DNA of 63,761 nucleotides, filler included. It is 14 parts of 14 records of this genome, joined end to end, with 100 filler letters (N's around TTAATTAATTAA, not from the genome) between each part and the next. Parts side by side here need not be neighbours in the genome. Positions count along the whole stretch, not along the records: positions 25,278 to 29,278 come from SRR11831580_1183; positions 29,379 to 32,233 come from SRR11831580_1194; positions 32,334 to 36,411 come from SRR11831580_1197; positions 36,512 to 47,747 come from SRR11831580_1216; positions 47,848 to 52,271 come from SRR11831580_1218; 9 more parts are not named here. One strand, written 5' to 3'. The notes under the pieces were generated by a model, which saw only the letters and a list, made by a program, of their open reading frames with translations, was not told the origin of the DNA and made no database searches. Positions 25,450 to 48,015 of this stretch are shown one piece after another. Position 1 is the first letter of the stretch. Each line of letters begins with the position of its first letter. Both the position numbers and the translations under genes were made by a program.

Positions 25450-26520
25450 TTATTTACCCCAGTTAAGGGCCGGGGTGTGGACCGGGGCGTCCCAGAGTGC
25501 CAGCGTTTCGTCATCAACTTTCAGTAAGGTGATTGAGAAACCGGTCATATCCAGTGAGGTGCAGTACGCGCCAATTAAATTACGTTCGATAGTCAATCCC
25601 GCTTGCTGGCAACGTGTGGTCAGGCGGTTATAGACGCCGTACAGCTCAGAAAGCGGAGTTGCGCCAAGATTGTTAACCAGCGCAATCACCCGATCGCCAG
25701 ACTGGAGCGGTTGTTTGGTTTGTTGTTCTTCCTGCCAACTGCCTTGTTGATAATCCCAGAAACGCAAAGTGCGATGGTATGAGCCATTTACCAGCAGGGT
25801 GTCGAACATTTCATCGACGGTTTGATCAAGGGAAGAGAAGGGGCGGCGGTCAATACCCGGCTCACCATGAATGCCGACGCCAAACTCCATCTCATTATCC
25901 GCCAGGGTAAAAGAAGGTTTGCCCGCGGCAGGAACGGTACAGGCATCGAGAGCGATACCTATTGAGTGGCCTTGATTATTCAGCTTACGCCCCAGTTCCG
26001 CACAGGCGTCCAGTGAGTCGCCACGCTCCGCCGCTGCGCCTACGAGTTTTTCAATTAATACGGTGTTGGCAACGCCGCGTCGCCCGGCAGTATAAAGACT
26101 GTCTTTTACCGCAACGTCGTCATCAATGACCACAGTGGTCACTTTTACGCCGCTATCGTGCAGTAACTCGGTCGCTGTTTCAAAGTTAAGAATATCGCCG
26201 GTGTAATTTTTGATAATCAACAGTACACCTTCGCCGCCATCAACTTGCATGGCGCATTCAAAGATTTTATCGGGCGTCGGTGAGGTGAAAATTTCGCCCG
26301 GACAGGCCCCCGAAAGCATCCCCTGACCGATATAACCACAGTGCATCGGCTCGTGTCCGCTGCCGCCACCCGACAGCAGGGCGACTTTTCCTGCAACAGG
26401 GGCATCAGCTCGGGTGACATACACCGGATCCTGATGCAGTGTCAGCGATGGATGCGCTTTCGCCAGTCCTGCCAGTTGTTCGTCCAGTACGTCTTGCACA
26501 TCATTGATCAATTTTTTCAT
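25450..26520 (-). CDS. dhaK: Dihydroxyacetone kinase subunit K (356 aa)
   Basis: GGGSGHEP, KNYTGD and GIHGEPG motifs. Confidence 0.97.
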   Translation of the reverse strand: MKKLINDVQDVLDEQLAGLAKAHPSLTLHQDPVYVTRADAPVAGKVALLSGGGSGHEPMHCGYIGQGMLSGACPGEIFTSPTPDKIFECAMQVDGGEGVLLIIKNYTGDILNFETATELLHDSGVKVTTVVIDDDVAVKDSLYTAGRRGVANTVLIEKLVGAAAERGDSLDACAELGRKLNNQGHSIGIALDACTVPAAGKPSFTLADNEMEFGVGIHGEPGIDRRPFSSLDQTVDEMFDTLLVNGSYHRTLRFWDYQQGSWQEEQQTKQPLQSGDRVIALVNNLGATPLSELYGVYNRLTTRCQQAGLTIERNLIGAYCTSLDMTGFSITLLKVDDETLALWDAPVHTPALNWGK

Positions 26521-26747
26521 TATTTTGCTCCAGCAATTACGGTAGGGCATGGATGATGTTCAACGACACGGCGACCACTGACTGCCGATGAATCCATTGT
26601 GCATCAGGCAAGGGAAAAGAAAATTAGCCCAAATTATGTTTCATAGTGAAACATATGCTTTAATGAATGTTCCATATTGAAACTTTTACGTGTATTAATA
26701 CTTAAAATTGCGAGCCGGAACACCTTTTGTCATAAGGGATGCGGGAT

Positions 26748-28667
26748 ATGAGTGGCGCTTTTAACAACGATGGTCGGGGCATATCTCCCTTAATTGCAAC
26801 CTCCTGGGAGCGATGCAATAAGCTGATGAAACGGGAGACATGGAACGTACCACATCAGGCCCAGGGCGTGACATTTGCTTCTATTTATCGGCGTAAGAAA
26901 GCGATGCTGACGCTCGGGCAGGCTGCGCTGGAAGATGCCTGGGAATATATGGCACCGCGAGAGTGTGCGCTGTTTATCCTCGATGAAACCGCCTGCATTC
27001 TCAGCCGTAATGGCGATCCGCAAACCTTGCAGCAGCTAAGTGCACTGGGATTCAATGACGGCACGTATTGCGCCGAGGGAATTATTGGTACTTGTGCGCT
27101 ATCGTTAGCGGCTATCTCTGGTCAGGCCGTGAAAACGATGGCCGATCAACATTTCAAACAGGTACTCTGGAACTGGGCCTTTTGTGCAACGCCGTTGTTT
27201 GACAGCAAGGGCCGATTGACGGGAACAATAGCGCTGGCGTGTCCGGTTGAGCAAACTACCGCAGCTGATTTGCCGTTGACGTTGGCAATCGCCCGCGAGG
27301 TCGGAAATTTACTGCTGACGGACAGTTTGCTCGCTGAAACTAACCGTCATTTAAATCAACTTAATGCCCTGTTAGAAAGTATGGATGATGGCGTGATTAG
27401 CTGGGACGAGCAGGGTAATTTGCAATTTATTAATGCCCAGGCGGCGCGGGTCTTGCGCCTTGACGCGACGGCAAGTCAGGGACGGGCAATCACTGAACTC
27501 TTAACGTTACCCGCCGTATTGCAACAAGCAATAAAACAGGCACATCCGCTCAAACACGTAGAAGCAACCTTTGAAAGCCAGCACCAGTTTATTGATGCGG
27601 TGATAACCCTTAAACCGATAATAGAAACGCAGGGAACCAGCTTTATTTTGTTGCTCCATCCTGTGGAACAGATGCGGCAGTTGATGACCAGTCAATTAGG
27701 AAAAGTCAGCCATACCTTCGCTCATATGCCACAGGACGATCCGCAAACCCGCCGCTTGATTCATTTTGGTCGCCAGGCGGCGCGCAGTAGCTTTCCTGTC
27801 CTGCTTTGTGGAGAAGAGGGCGTGGGCAAGGCACTGCTAAGTCAGGCAATTCATAATGAAAGCGAGCGTGCTGCAGGTCCTTATATCGCCGTCAATTGTG
27901 AGTTATATGGTGATGCTGCGCTGGCGGAAGAATTTATTGGTGGCGATCGCACGGACAATGAAAATGGCCGTCTGAGTCGGCTGGAACTGGCACACGGCGG
28001 CACGCTGTTTCTTGAAAAGATTGAATATCTGGCGGTGGAGTTACAGTCTGCTTTGCTTCAGGTTATCAAGCAGGGGGTTATCACGCGACTGGATGCGCGG
28101 CGTTTAATACCAATTGATGTCAAAGTGATTGCAACAACGACCGCGGACCTCGCAATGCTGGTGGAACAAAATCGTTTTAGTCGCCAGCTGTATTACGCGC
28201 TGCATGCATTTGAAATTACCATCCCGCCTCTGCGTATGCGGCGTGGCAGCATTCCGGCGCTGGTGAATAACAAATTACGCAGTCTTGAAAAACGCTTCTC
28301 TACGCGGCTGAAAATTGATGACGATGCCCTCGCTCGCCTGGTTTCTTGTGCATGGCCAGGCAACGATTTTGAACTTTACAGCGTCATCGAGAATCTTGCT
28401 CTGAGTAGTGATAACGGGCGCATTCGCGTCAGTGATTTGCCGGAACATCTGTTTACCGAGCAGGCGACAGATGATGTCAGCGCCACCCGCCTTTCCACCA
28501 GTCTGTCATTTGCGGAAGTTGAAAAAGAGGCAATTATTAACGCAGCCCAGGTCACAGGCGGTCGCATTCAGGAAATGTCGGCTTTACTTGGGATCGGCCG
28601 CACTACGCTGTGGCGGAAAATGAAGCAACATGGCATTGATGCAGGGCAGTTTAAGCGCCGGGTATGA
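26748..28667 (+). CDS. dhaR: Transcriptional regulator DhaR (GAF-PAS-AAA+-HTH)
   Basis: GEEGVGK Walker A, C-terminal HTH; divergent from dhaK. Confidence 0.96.
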   Translation: MSGAFNNDGRGISPLIATSWERCNKLMKRETWNVPHQAQGVTFASIYRRKKAMLTLGQAALEDAWEYMAPRECALFILDETACILSRNGDPQTLQQLSALGFNDGTYCAEGIIGTCALSLAAISGQAVKTMADQHFKQVLWNWAFCATPLFDSKGRLTGTIALACPVEQTTAADLPLTLAIAREVGNLLLTDSLLAETNRHLNQLNALLESMDDGVISWDEQGNLQFINAQAARVLRLDATASQGRAITELLTLPAVLQQAIKQAHPLKHVEATFESQHQFIDAVITLKPIIETQGTSFILLLHPVEQMRQLMTSQLGKVSHTFAHMPQDDPQTRRLIHFGRQAARSSFPVLLCGEEGVGKALLSQAIHNESERAAGPYIAVNCELYGDAALAEEFIGGDRTDNENGRLSRLELAHGGTLFLEKIEYLAVELQSALLQVIKQGVITRLDARRLIPIDVKVIATTTADLAMLVEQNRFSRQLYYALHAFEITIPPLRMRRGSIPALVNNKLRSLEKRFSTRLKIDDDALARLVSCAWPGNDFELYSVIENLALSSDNGRIRVSDLPEHLFTEQATDDVSATRLSTSLSFAEVEKEAIINAAQVTGGRIQEMSALLGIGRTTLWRKMKQHGIDAGQFKRRV

Positions 28668-28766
28668 AAGACAGAAACGATTTCTGATACATCAGAGTGA
28701 TCTGTATTTCATTCCGGCGCACGCTAACAATTTTCAGCATCGTTTAAGGGCTTGTCTATCCCGCAC

Positions 28767-29278
28767 TTAAAAGCTGAAGCGATATCCTCCGTTGACTTGC
28801 TTCTGATCAAAGAGGTTACCCTGCGTGTAATCCGCTTCGAGATAGAATGTGTGCTGTTTGTTATACTGTGCACTGACTCCCACGCCGTTATTCCAGCCAT
28901 TACCTTTGAAACTGTACTTCTCCCGGGAGTTGTTCAACAGATATTCGGTATCCCCTGAAAACTCGCGGATAGCGCCAGTCTTCACATAGACATTCAGCTG
29001 GCTGTTGCCTGCGGTGATGTCATACCCCAGTATCATGCTGGCACGCCCCAGCAGCGATTCGTAGTGATTCAGATGTATATTGAGGCCATTACTCGCCTTC
29101 ATAGTCATCTCATTCTGGTGGCTGTATGTAAGCTGGGTTTGCGGCTCTATATAGAACCCATAACCAGTAGGGGACAGGTTGAACCTCTGCCCGGCTTCCA
29201 GGGAGATGCTCATTCCATTCGCAGTGCCGTTGGCGTTAACGCCGTTGTTCTGACTGTCCAGTACGTGGAAACTATTTT
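28767..29278 (-). CDS. ycgV: Autotransporter beta-barrel, 3' end only
   Basis: Ends GGYRFSF (outer-membrane barrel signature); convergent with dhaR. Confidence 0.85.
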
Positions 29279-29378
29279 NNNNNNNNNNNNNNNNNNNNNN
29301 NNNNNNNNNNNNNNNNNNNNNNTTAATTAATTAANNNNNNNNNNNNNNNNNNNNNNNNNNNNNNNNNNNNNNNNNNNN

Positions 29379-29408
29379 GTGCGGCCAATGTTTTTGTCCT
29401 TTAAACAT
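29379..29408 (-). CDS. ybgD: Fimbrial-like protein, first ~10 codons, with AT-rich upstream region to ~29745
   Basis: ATGTTTAAAGGACAAAAA (MFKGQK); position downstream of gltA. Confidence 0.6.
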
Positions 29409-29745
29409 AACAGAGTCCTTTAAGGATATAGAATAGGGGTATAGCTACGCCAGAATATCGTATTTGATTATTGCTAGTTTTTAGTTTTGCTTAAAAATAT
29501 TGTTAGTTTTATTAAATGCAAAACTAAATTATTGGTATCATGAATTTGTTGTATGATGAATAAAATATAGGGGGGTATAGATAGACGTCATTTTCATAGG
29601 GTTATAAATGCGACTACCATGAAGTTTTTAATTGAAAGTATTGGGTTGCTGATAATTTGAGCTGTTCTATTCTTTTTAAATATCTATATAGGTCTGTTAA
29701 TGGATTTTATTTTTACAATTTTTTGTGTTTAGGCATATAAAAATC

Positions 29746-29769
29746 AACCCGCCATATGAACGGCGGGTT
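29746..29769 (-). terminator. Terminator after gltA
   Basis: AACCCGCC-atatgaac-GGCGGGTT hairpin with T-rich tail on the minus strand. Confidence 0.75.
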
Positions 29770-29797
29770 AAAATATTTACAACTTAGCAATCAACCA

Positions 29798-31081
29798 TTA
29801 ACGCTTGATATCGCTTTTAAAGTCGCGTTTTTCATATCCTGTATACAGCTGACGCGGACGGGCAATCTTCATACCGTCACTGTGCATTTCGCTCCAGTGG
29901 GCGATCCAGCCAACGGTACGTGCCATTGCGAAAATGACGGTGAACATGGAAGACGGAATACCCATCGCTTTCAGGATGATACCAGAGTAGAAATCGACGT
30001 TCGGGTACAGTTTCTTCTCGATAAAGTACGGGTCGTTCAGCGCGATGTTTTCCAGCTCCATAGCCACTTCCAGCAGGTCATCCTTCGTGCCCAGCTCTTT
30101 CAGCACTTCATGGCAGGTTTCACGCATTACGGTGGCGCGCGGGTCGTAATTTTTGTACACGCGGTGACCGAAGCCCATCAGGCGGAAAGAATCATTTTTG
30201 TCTTTCGCACGACGAACAAATTCCGGAATGTGTTTAACGGAGCTGATTTCTTCCAGCATTTTCAGCGCCGCTTCGTTAGCACCGCCGTGCGCAGGTCCCC
30301 ACAGTGAAGCAATACCTGCTGCGATACAGGCAAACGGGTTCGCACCCGAAGAGCCAGCGGTACGCACGGTGGAGGTAGAGGCGTTCTGTTCATGGTCAGC
30401 GTGCAGGATCAGAATACGGTCCATAGCACGTTCCAGAATCGGATTAACTTCATACGGTTCGCACGGCGTGGAGAACATCATATTCAGGAAGTTACCGGCG
30501 TAGGAGAGATCGTTGCGCGGGTAAACAAATGGCTGACCAATGGAATACTTGTAACACATCGCGGCCATGGTCGGCATTTTCGACAGCAGGCGGAACGCGG
30601 CAATTTCACGGTGACGAGGATTGTTAACATCCAGCGAGTCGTGATAGAACGCCGCCAGCGCGCCGGTAATACCACACATGACTGCCATTGGATGCGAGTC
30701 GCGACGGAAAGCATGGAACAGACGGGTAATCTGCTCGTGGATCATGGTATGACGGGTCACCGTAGTTTTAAATTCGTCATACTGTTCCTGAGTCGGTTTT
30801 TCACCATTCAGCAGGATGTAACAAACTTCCAGGTAGTTAGAATCGGTCGCCAGCTGATCGATCGGGAAACCGCGGTGCAGCAAAATACCTTCATCACCAT
30901 CAATAAAAGTAATTTTAGATTCGCAGGATGCGGTTGAAGTGAAGCCTGGGTCAAAGGTGAACACACCTTTTGAACCGAGAGTACGGATATCAATAACATC
31001 TTGACCCAGCGTGCCTTTCAGCACATCCAGTTCAACAGCTGTATCCCCGTTGAGGGTGAGTTTTGCTTTTGTATCAGCCAT
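29798..31081 (-). CDS. gltA: Citrate synthase
   Basis: HADHEQN, GPAHGGA, GFGHRVY and YPNVDFY motifs. Confidence 0.99.
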   Translation of the reverse strand: MADTKAKLTLNGDTAVELDVLKGTLGQDVIDIRTLGSKGVFTFDPGFTSTASCESKITFIDGDEGILLHRGFPIDQLATDSNYLEVCYILLNGEKPTQEQYDEFKTTVTRHTMIHEQITRLFHAFRRDSHPMAVMCGITGALAAFYHDSLDVNNPRHREIAAFRLLSKMPTMAAMCYKYSIGQPFVYPRNDLSYAGNFLNMMFSTPCEPYEVNPILERAMDRILILHADHEQNASTSTVRTAGSSGANPFACIAAGIASLWGPAHGGANEAALKMLEEISSVKHIPEFVRRAKDKNDSFRLMGFGHRVYKNYDPRATVMRETCHEVLKELGTKDDLLEVAMELENIALNDPYFIEKKLYPNVDFYSGIILKAMGIPSSMFTVIFAMARTVGWIAHWSEMHSDGMKIARPRQLYTGYEKRDFKSDIKR

Positions 31082-31477
31082 TTAAGGTCTCCTTAGCGCC
31101 TTATTGCGTAAGACTGCCGGAACTTAAATTTGCCTTCGCACATCAACCTGGCTTTACCCGTTTTTATTTGGCTCGCCGCTCTGTGAAAGAGGGGAAAACC
31201 TGGGTACAGAGCTCTGGGCGCTTGCAGGTAAAGGATCCATTGATGACGAATAAATGGCGAATCAAGTACTTAGCAATCCGAATTATTAAACTTGTCTACC
31301 ACTAATAACTGTCCCGAATGAATTGGTCAATACTTCCACACTGTTACATAAGTTAATCTTAGGTGAAATACCGACTTCATAACTTTTACGCATTATATGC
31401 TTTTCCTGGTAATGTTTGTAACAACTTTGTTGAATGATTGTCAAATTAGATGATTAAAATTAAATAAATGTTGTTAT

Positions 31478-31559
31478 CGTGACCTGGATCACTGTTCAGG
31501 ATAAAACCCGACAAACTATATGTAGGTTAATTGTAATGATTTTGTGAACAGCCTATACT
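31478..31559 (+). promoter_or_regulatory. sdhC promoter with CRP-like site
   Basis: CGTGA-N6-TCACT at 31478-31493; TTGTAA-N17-TATACT at 31531-31559. Confidence 0.75.
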
Positions 31560-31787
31560 GCCGCCAGGTCTCCGGAACACCCTGCAATCCCGAGCCACCC
31601 AGCGTTGTAACGTGTCGTTTTCGCATCTGGAAGCAGTGTTTTGCATGACGCGCAGTTATAGAAAGGACGCTGTCTGACCCGCAAGCAGACCGGAGGAAGG
31701 AAATCCCGACGTCTCCAGGTAACAGAAAGTTAACCTCTGTGCCCGTAGTCCCCAGGGAATAATAAGAACAGCATGTGGGCGTTATTC

Positions 31788-32177
31788 ATGATAAGAAATG
31801 TGAAAAAACAAAGACCTGTTAATCTGGACCTACAGACCATCCGGTTCCCCATCACGGCGATAGCGTCCATTCTCCATCGCGTTTCCGGTGTGATCACCTT
31901 TGTTGCAGTGGGCATCCTGCTGTGGCTTCTGGGTACCAGCCTCTCTTCCCCTGAAGGTTTCGAGCAAGCTTCCGCGATTATGGGCAGCTTCTTCGTCAAA
32001 TTTATCATGTGGGGCATCCTTACCGCTCTGGCGTATCACGTCGTCGTAGGTATTCGCCACATGATGATGGATTTTGGCTATCTGGAAGAAACATTCGAAG
32101 CGGGTAAACGCTCCGCCAAAATCTCCTTTGTTATTACTGTCGTGCTTTCACTTCTCGCAGGAGTCCTCGTATGGTAA
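31788..32177 (+). CDS. sdhC: Succinate dehydrogenase cytochrome b556 subunit
   Basis: [23 protein letters not shown] motif. Confidence 0.97.
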
Positions 32178-32233
32178 GCAACGCCTCCGCATTAGGACGC
32201 AATGGCGTACATGATTTCATCCTCGTTCGCGCT
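32171..32233 (+). CDS. sdhD: Succinate dehydrogenase anchor subunit, 5' fragment
   Basis: [21 protein letters not shown], overlapping the sdhC stop. Confidence 0.92.
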
Positions 32234-32333
32234 NNNNNNNNNNNNNNNNNNNNNNNNNNNNNNNNNNNNNNNNNNNNTTAATTAATTAANNNNNNNNNNN
32301 NNNNNNNNNNNNNNNNNNNNNNNNNNNNNNNNN

Positions 32334-32803
32334 CGCGTCTGAAAAACCGTGAAGTTCCGTTTCTGCGCCGCCAGATTGGCATGATTTTCCAGGATCACCA
32401 TCTACTGATGGACCGTACTGTCTACGATAACGTGGCGATCCCGCTGATTATCGCCGGTGCCAGCGGTGACGATATTCGTCGCCGGGTGTCGGCGGCGCTG
32501 GATAAAGTCGGGCTACTGGACAAAGCGAAGAACTTCCCTATTCAGCTTTCGGGCGGTGAACAACAGCGTGTTGGCATTGCCCGCGCGGTGGTGAACAAGC
32601 CCGCGGTACTGCTGGCGGACGAACCGACTGGTAACCTGGACGACGCGCTGTCGGAAGGCATTTTACGTCTGTTTGAAGAGTTTAACCGCGTTGGGGTAAC
32701 CGTATTGATGGCAACGCACGACATCAACCTGATCTCGCGGCGTTCCTATCGCATGCTCACCCTGAGCGATGGTCACTTGCATGGAGGCGTGGGCCATGAA
32801 TAA
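32334..32803 (+). CDS. ftsE: Cell division ABC ATPase, 5'-truncated
   Basis: LSGGEQQR and [11 protein letters not shown] motifs; upstream of ftsX. Confidence 0.95.
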
Positions 32804-33854
32804 GCGCGATGCAATCAATCATATTCGGCAGTTTGGCGGGCGTCTTGATCGCTTCCGTAAATCGGTCGGCGGCTCAGGCGACGGCGGTCGTAACGCACCA
32901 AAACGCGCGAAATCCTCGCCAAAACCGGTAAATCGCAAAACCAACGTTTTCAACGAACAGGTGCGCTATGCCTTCCACGGCGCATTGCAGGATCTGAAAA
33001 GCAAACCGTTCGCCACGTTTTTAACGGTGATGGTTATCGCCATTTCTCTGACGCTGCCCAGCGTCTGTTATATGGTGTACAAAAACGTTAACCAGGCGGC
33101 GACGCAGTATTATCCGTCACCGCAAATCACTGTTTATCTGCAAAAAACGCTGGACGATGACGCTGCTGCGGGCGTGGTGGCACAGTTGCAGGCCGAGCAA
33201 GGCGTGGAGAAAGTGAACTATCTTTCTCGTGAAGACGCACTGGGTGAGTTCCGTAACTGGTCTGGTTTTGGTGGTGCGCTGGATATGCTGGAAGAAAACC
33301 CGCTTCCGGCAGTGGCGGTGGTGATCCCGAAACTCGATTTCCAGGGGACGGAATCACTGAATACGCTGCGTGATCGTATCACGCAGATTAACGGCATTGA
33401 CGAAGTGCGGATGGATGACAGCTGGTTTGCCCGTCTGGCGGCGTTGACCGGGCTGGTCGGGCGCGTTTCGGCGATGATCGGCGTGTTGATGGTGGCGGCC
33501 GTGTTCCTCGTCATCGGTAACAGTGTGCGTCTGAGTATCTTTGCTCGCCGTGACTCCATTAACGTACAGAAACTGATTGGTGCGACAGATGGATTCATCC
33601 TGCGCCCGTTCCTGTATGGTGGCGCACTGCTGGGATTTTCTGGCGCATTGTTGTCATTAATTTTGTCAGAAATTCTGGTGCTGCGATTGTCATCGGCGGT
33701 TGCGGAAGTGGCACAGGTTTTCGGAACGAAGTTTGATATCAATGGCTTATCATTCGATGAATGCCTGCTATTGCTGCTGGTATGCTCGATGATTGGCTGG
33801 GTGGCAGCGTGGCTTGCCACGGTACAACATTTACGCCACTTTACGCCTGAATAA
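32796..33854 (+). CDS. ftsX: Cell division permease FtsX (352 aa)
   Basis: MNKRDAINH start; KLIGAT...RPFLY motif. Confidence 0.96.
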
Positions 33855-33959
33855 TAAAAGCGTGTTATACTCTTTCCCTGCAATGGGTTCCGTAGCAGGG
33901 AAAGAGACCCCGTTGTCTCTTCCCGGTATTTCATCTCTATGTCACATTTTGTGCGTAAT

Positions 33960-34005
33960 TTATTCACAAGCTTGCATTGAACTTGTGGATAAAATCACGG
34001 TCTGA
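33960..34005 (+). promoter_or_regulatory. rpoH sigmaE promoter (P3) overlapped by two DnaA boxes
   Basis: GAACTT-N16-TCTGA at 33979-34005; TTATTCACA at 33960-33968; TGTGGATAA at 33984-33992. Confidence 0.88.
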
Positions 34006-34098
34006 TAAAACAGTGAATGATAACCTCGTTGCTCTTAAGCTCTGGCACAGTTGTTGCTACCACTGAAGCGCCAGAAGATATCGATTGAGAGGATTTGA

Positions 34099-34953
34099 AT
34101 GACTGACAAAATGCAAAGTTTAGCTTTAGCCCCAGTTGGCAACCTGGATTCCTACATCCGGGCAGCTAACGCGTGGCCGATGTTGTCGGCTGACGAGGAG
34201 CGGGCGCTGGCTGAAAAGCTGCATTACCATGGCGATCTGGAAGCAGCTAAAACGCTGATCCTGTCTCACCTGCGGTTTGTTGTTCATATTGCTCGTAATT
34301 ATGCGGGCTATGGCCTGCCACAGGCGGATTTGATTCAGGAAGGTAACATCGGCCTGATGAAAGCAGTGCGCCGTTTCAACCCGGAAGTGGGTGTGCGCCT
34401 GGTCTCCTTCGCCGTTCACTGGATCAAAGCAGAGATCCACGAATACGTTCTGCGTAACTGGCGTATCGTCAAAGTTGCGACCACCAAAGCGCAGCGCAAA
34501 CTGTTCTTCAACCTGCGTAAAACCAAGCAGCGTCTGGGCTGGTTTAACCAGGATGAAGTCGAAATGGTGGCCCGTGAACTGGGCGTAACCAGCAAAGACG
34601 TACGTGAGATGGAATCACGTATGGCGGCACAGGACATGACCTTTGACCTGTCTTCCGACGACGATTCCGACAGCCAGCCGATGGCTCCGGTGCTCTATCT
34701 GCAGGATAAATCATCTAACTTTGCCGACGGCATTGAAGATGATAACTGGGAAGAGCAGGCGGCAAACCGTCTGACCGACGCGATGCAGGGTCTGGACGAA
34801 CGCAGCCAGGACATCATCCGTGCGCGCTGGCTGGACGAAGACAACAAGTCCACGTTGCAGGAACTGGCTGACCGTTACGGCGTTTCCGCTGAGCGTGTAC
34901 GCCAGCTGGAAAAGAACGCGATGAAAAAATTGCGTGCTGCCATTGAAGCGTAA
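34099..34953 (+). CDS. rpoH: Heat-shock sigma factor sigma32
   Basis: RpoH box [19 protein letters not shown]. Confidence 0.99.
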   Translation: MTDKMQSLALAPVGNLDSYIRAANAWPMLSADEERALAEKLHYHGDLEAAKTLILSHLRFVVHIARNYAGYGLPQADLIQEGNIGLMKAVRRFNPEVGVRLVSFAVHWIKAEIHEYVLRNWRIVKVATTKAQRKLFFNLRKTKQRLGWFNQDEVEMVARELGVTSKDVREMESRMAAQDMTFDLSSDDDSDSQPMAPVLYLQDKSSNFADGIEDDNWEEQAANRLTDAMQGLDERSQDIIRARWLDEDNKSTLQELADRYGVSAERVRQLEKNAMKKLRAAIEA

Positions 34954-35223
34954 TTTCCGCTATTAAGCAGAGAACCCTGGATGAGAGTCCGGGGTTTTTG
35001 TTTTTTGGGCCTCTGTAATAATCAATTTCCCCTCCGGCAAAACGCCAATCCCCACGCAGATTGTTAATAAACTGTCAAAATAGCTATTCCAATATCATAA
35101 AAATCGGGTATGTTTTAGCAGAGTATGCTGCTAAAGCACGGGTAGTCATGCATAAAACGAAATAAAGTGCTGAAAAACAACATCACAACACACGTAATAA
35201 CCAGAAGAATGGGGATTCTCAGG

Positions 35224-36327
35224 ATGAACATAAAGGGTAAAGCGTTACTGGCAGGATGTATCGCGCTGGCATTCAGCAATATGGCTCTGGCAGAAGATAT
35301 TAAAGTCGCGGTCGTGGGCGCAATGTCCGGTCCGGTTGCGCAGTACGGTGACCAGGAGTTTACCGGCGCAGAGCAGGCGGTTGCGGATATCAACGCTAAA
35401 GGCGGCATTAAAGGCAACAAACTGCAAATCGTAAAATATGACGATGCCTGTGACCCGAAACAGGCGGTTGCGGTGGCGAACAAAGTCGTTAACGACGGCA
35501 TTAAATATGTGATTGGTCACCTCTGTTCTTCATCAACGCAGCCTGCGTCTGACATCTACGAAGACGAAGGCATTTTAATGATCACCCCAGCGGCAACCGC
35601 GCCGGAGCTGACCGCCCGTGGCTATCAGCTGATCCTGCGCACCACCGGCCTGGACTCCGACCAGGGGCCGACGGCGGCGAAATATATTCTTGAGAAAGTG
35701 AAACCGCAGCGTATTGCTATCGTTCACGACAAACAGCAATACGGCGAAGGTCTGGCGCGAGCGGTGCAGGACGGCCTGAAGAAAGGCAATGCAAACGTGG
35801 TGTTCTTTGATGGCATCACCGCCGGGGAAAAAGATTTCTCAACGCTGGTGGCGCGTCTGAAAAAAGAGAATATCGACTTCGTTTACTACGGCGGTTATCA
35901 CCCGGAAATGGGGCAAATCCTGCGTCAGGCACGCGCGGCAGGGCTGAAAACTCAGTTTATGGGGCCGGAAGGTGTGGCTAACGTTTCGCTGTCTAACATT
36001 GCGGGCGAATCAGCGGAAGGGCTGCTGGTGACCAAGCCGAAGAACTACGATCAGGTTCCGGCGAACAAACCCATTGTTGACGCGATCAAAGCGAAAAAAC
36101 AGGACCCAAGTGGCGCATTCGTTTGGACCACCTACGCCGCGCTGCAATCTTTGCAGGCGGGCCTGAATCAGTCTGACGATCCGGCTGAAATCGCCAAATA
36201 CCTGAAAGCGAACTCCGTGGATACCGTAATGGGACCGCTGACCTGGGATGAGAAAGGCGATCTGAAAGGCTTTGAGTTCGGCGTATTTGACTGGCACGCC
36301 AACGGCACGGCGACCGATGCGAAGTAA
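35224..36327 (+). CDS. livJ: Leu/Ile/Val-binding periplasmic protein
   Basis: Signal peptide followed by [13 protein letters not shown]; downstream of rpoH. Confidence 0.96.
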   Translation: MNIKGKALLAGCIALAFSNMALAEDIKVAVVGAMSGPVAQYGDQEFTGAEQAVADINAKGGIKGNKLQIVKYDDACDPKQAVAVANKVVNDGIKYVIGHLCSSSTQPASDIYEDEGILMITPAATAPELTARGYQLILRTTGLDSDQGPTAAKYILEKVKPQRIAIVHDKQQYGEGLARAVQDGLKKGNANVVFFDGITAGEKDFSTLVARLKKENIDFVYYGGYHPEMGQILRQARAAGLKTQFMGPEGVANVSLSNIAGESAEGLLVTKPKNYDQVPANKPIVDAIKAKKQDPSGAFVWTTYAALQSLQAGLNQSDDPAEIAKYLKANSVDTVMGPLTWDEKGDLKGFEFGVFDWHANGTATDAK

Positions 36328-36386
36328 TCATTAATCGGCAACTTTGGGTTGCCGCCAAATTGCTAATATCGAGTACGTTGCTTCAT

Positions 36387-36411
36387 GCCGGATGCGGCGT
36401 AAACGCCTTAT
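36387..36411 (+). repeat. REP element, truncated at contig end
   Basis: GCCGGATGCGGCGTAAACGCCTTAT matches the enterobacterial REP consensus. Confidence 0.9.
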
Positions 36412-36511
36412 NNNNNNNNNNNNNNNNNNNNNNNNNNNNNNNNNNNNNNNNNNNNTTAATTAATTAANNNNNNNNNNNNNNNNNNNNNNNNNNNNNNNNN
36501 NNNNNNNNNNN

Positions 36512-37056
<545 letters not shown>

Positions 37057-37069
37057 TCAATCACCCCGA

Positions 37070-37435
<366 letters not shown>

Positions 37436-37525
37436 CTACTATTTAATATGTACGTTCCATGCTGAAAAGCCCGTTTTCAGGATACTCAAATGGAAACGCA
37501 CAGACATACAAAAGATTGGCTGGCT

Positions 37526-37554
37526 AATCTAGCCAGCTCAACCCAACTTTGCAA
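37526..37554 (-). promoter_or_regulatory. Alpha-operon promoter
   Basis: Minus-strand TTGCAA-N17-TAGATT upstream of rpsM. Confidence 0.75.
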
Positions 37555-37572
37555 GAAAAATATGCGAAAAAA

Positions 37573-39051
<1,479 letters not shown>

Positions 39052-39058
39052 CTGCTAC

Positions 39059-40192
<1,134 letters not shown>

Positions 40193-40197
40193 CTACC

Positions 40198-41505
<1,308 letters not shown>

Positions 41506-41532
41506 TTACTCCCGTGATTCAATTGGTGACAA

Positions 41533-41841
<309 letters not shown>

Positions 41842-41852
41842 GTAACCCTACC

Positions 41853-43115
<1,263 letters not shown>

Positions 43116-43181
43116 CTAATGTCAACTACTACTGAGACCCGAAAATCAGGTCGTTAAAAATCCCCATATCGAGGGCGCGGC

Positions 43182-43192
43182 ATTATAACACC
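43182..43192 (-). promoter_or_regulatory. spc operon promoter, extended -10
   Basis: Minus-strand GTGTTATAAT followed by a GC-rich discriminator. Confidence 0.8.
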
Positions 43193-43214
43193 GCTTCAAG
43201 GATATGGGTAGAAA

Positions 43215-43244
43215 AATAAACGGCTCATTTCTGAGCCGTTTATT
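43215..43244 (-). terminator. S10 operon terminator
   Basis: AATAAACGGCTCA-tttc-TGAGCCGTTTATT hairpin after rpsQ. Confidence 0.8.
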
Positions 43245-43266
43245 CGTATTGAGAGAGTGTACTGTA

Positions 43267-45195
<1,929 letters not shown>

Positions 45196-45200
45196 CTACC

Positions 45201-45482
<282 letters not shown>

Positions 45483-45495
45483 TTATCCTCTAAAA

Positions 45496-47747
<2,252 letters not shown>

Positions 47748-48015
47748 NNNNNNNNNNNNNNNNNNNNNNNNNNNNNNNNNNNNNNNNNNNNTTAATTAAT
47801 TAANNNNNNNNNNNNNNNNNNNNNNNNNNNNNNNNNNNNNNNNNNNNTTTTTCATAAAGGTTTAGTCGCTTGTGAAAGTGTTCTGAAAACGGGCATTATC
47901 CAAAGTTAGTTGCCGGATGCAAGCATGATAAGGCCGTGGCTGCGGAAAGTTCCGGTTTACACCCTGCCGTCGCTGTGCTGCAATCTTGCCCCCAACAACA
48001 GTGAATTCGGTGACC

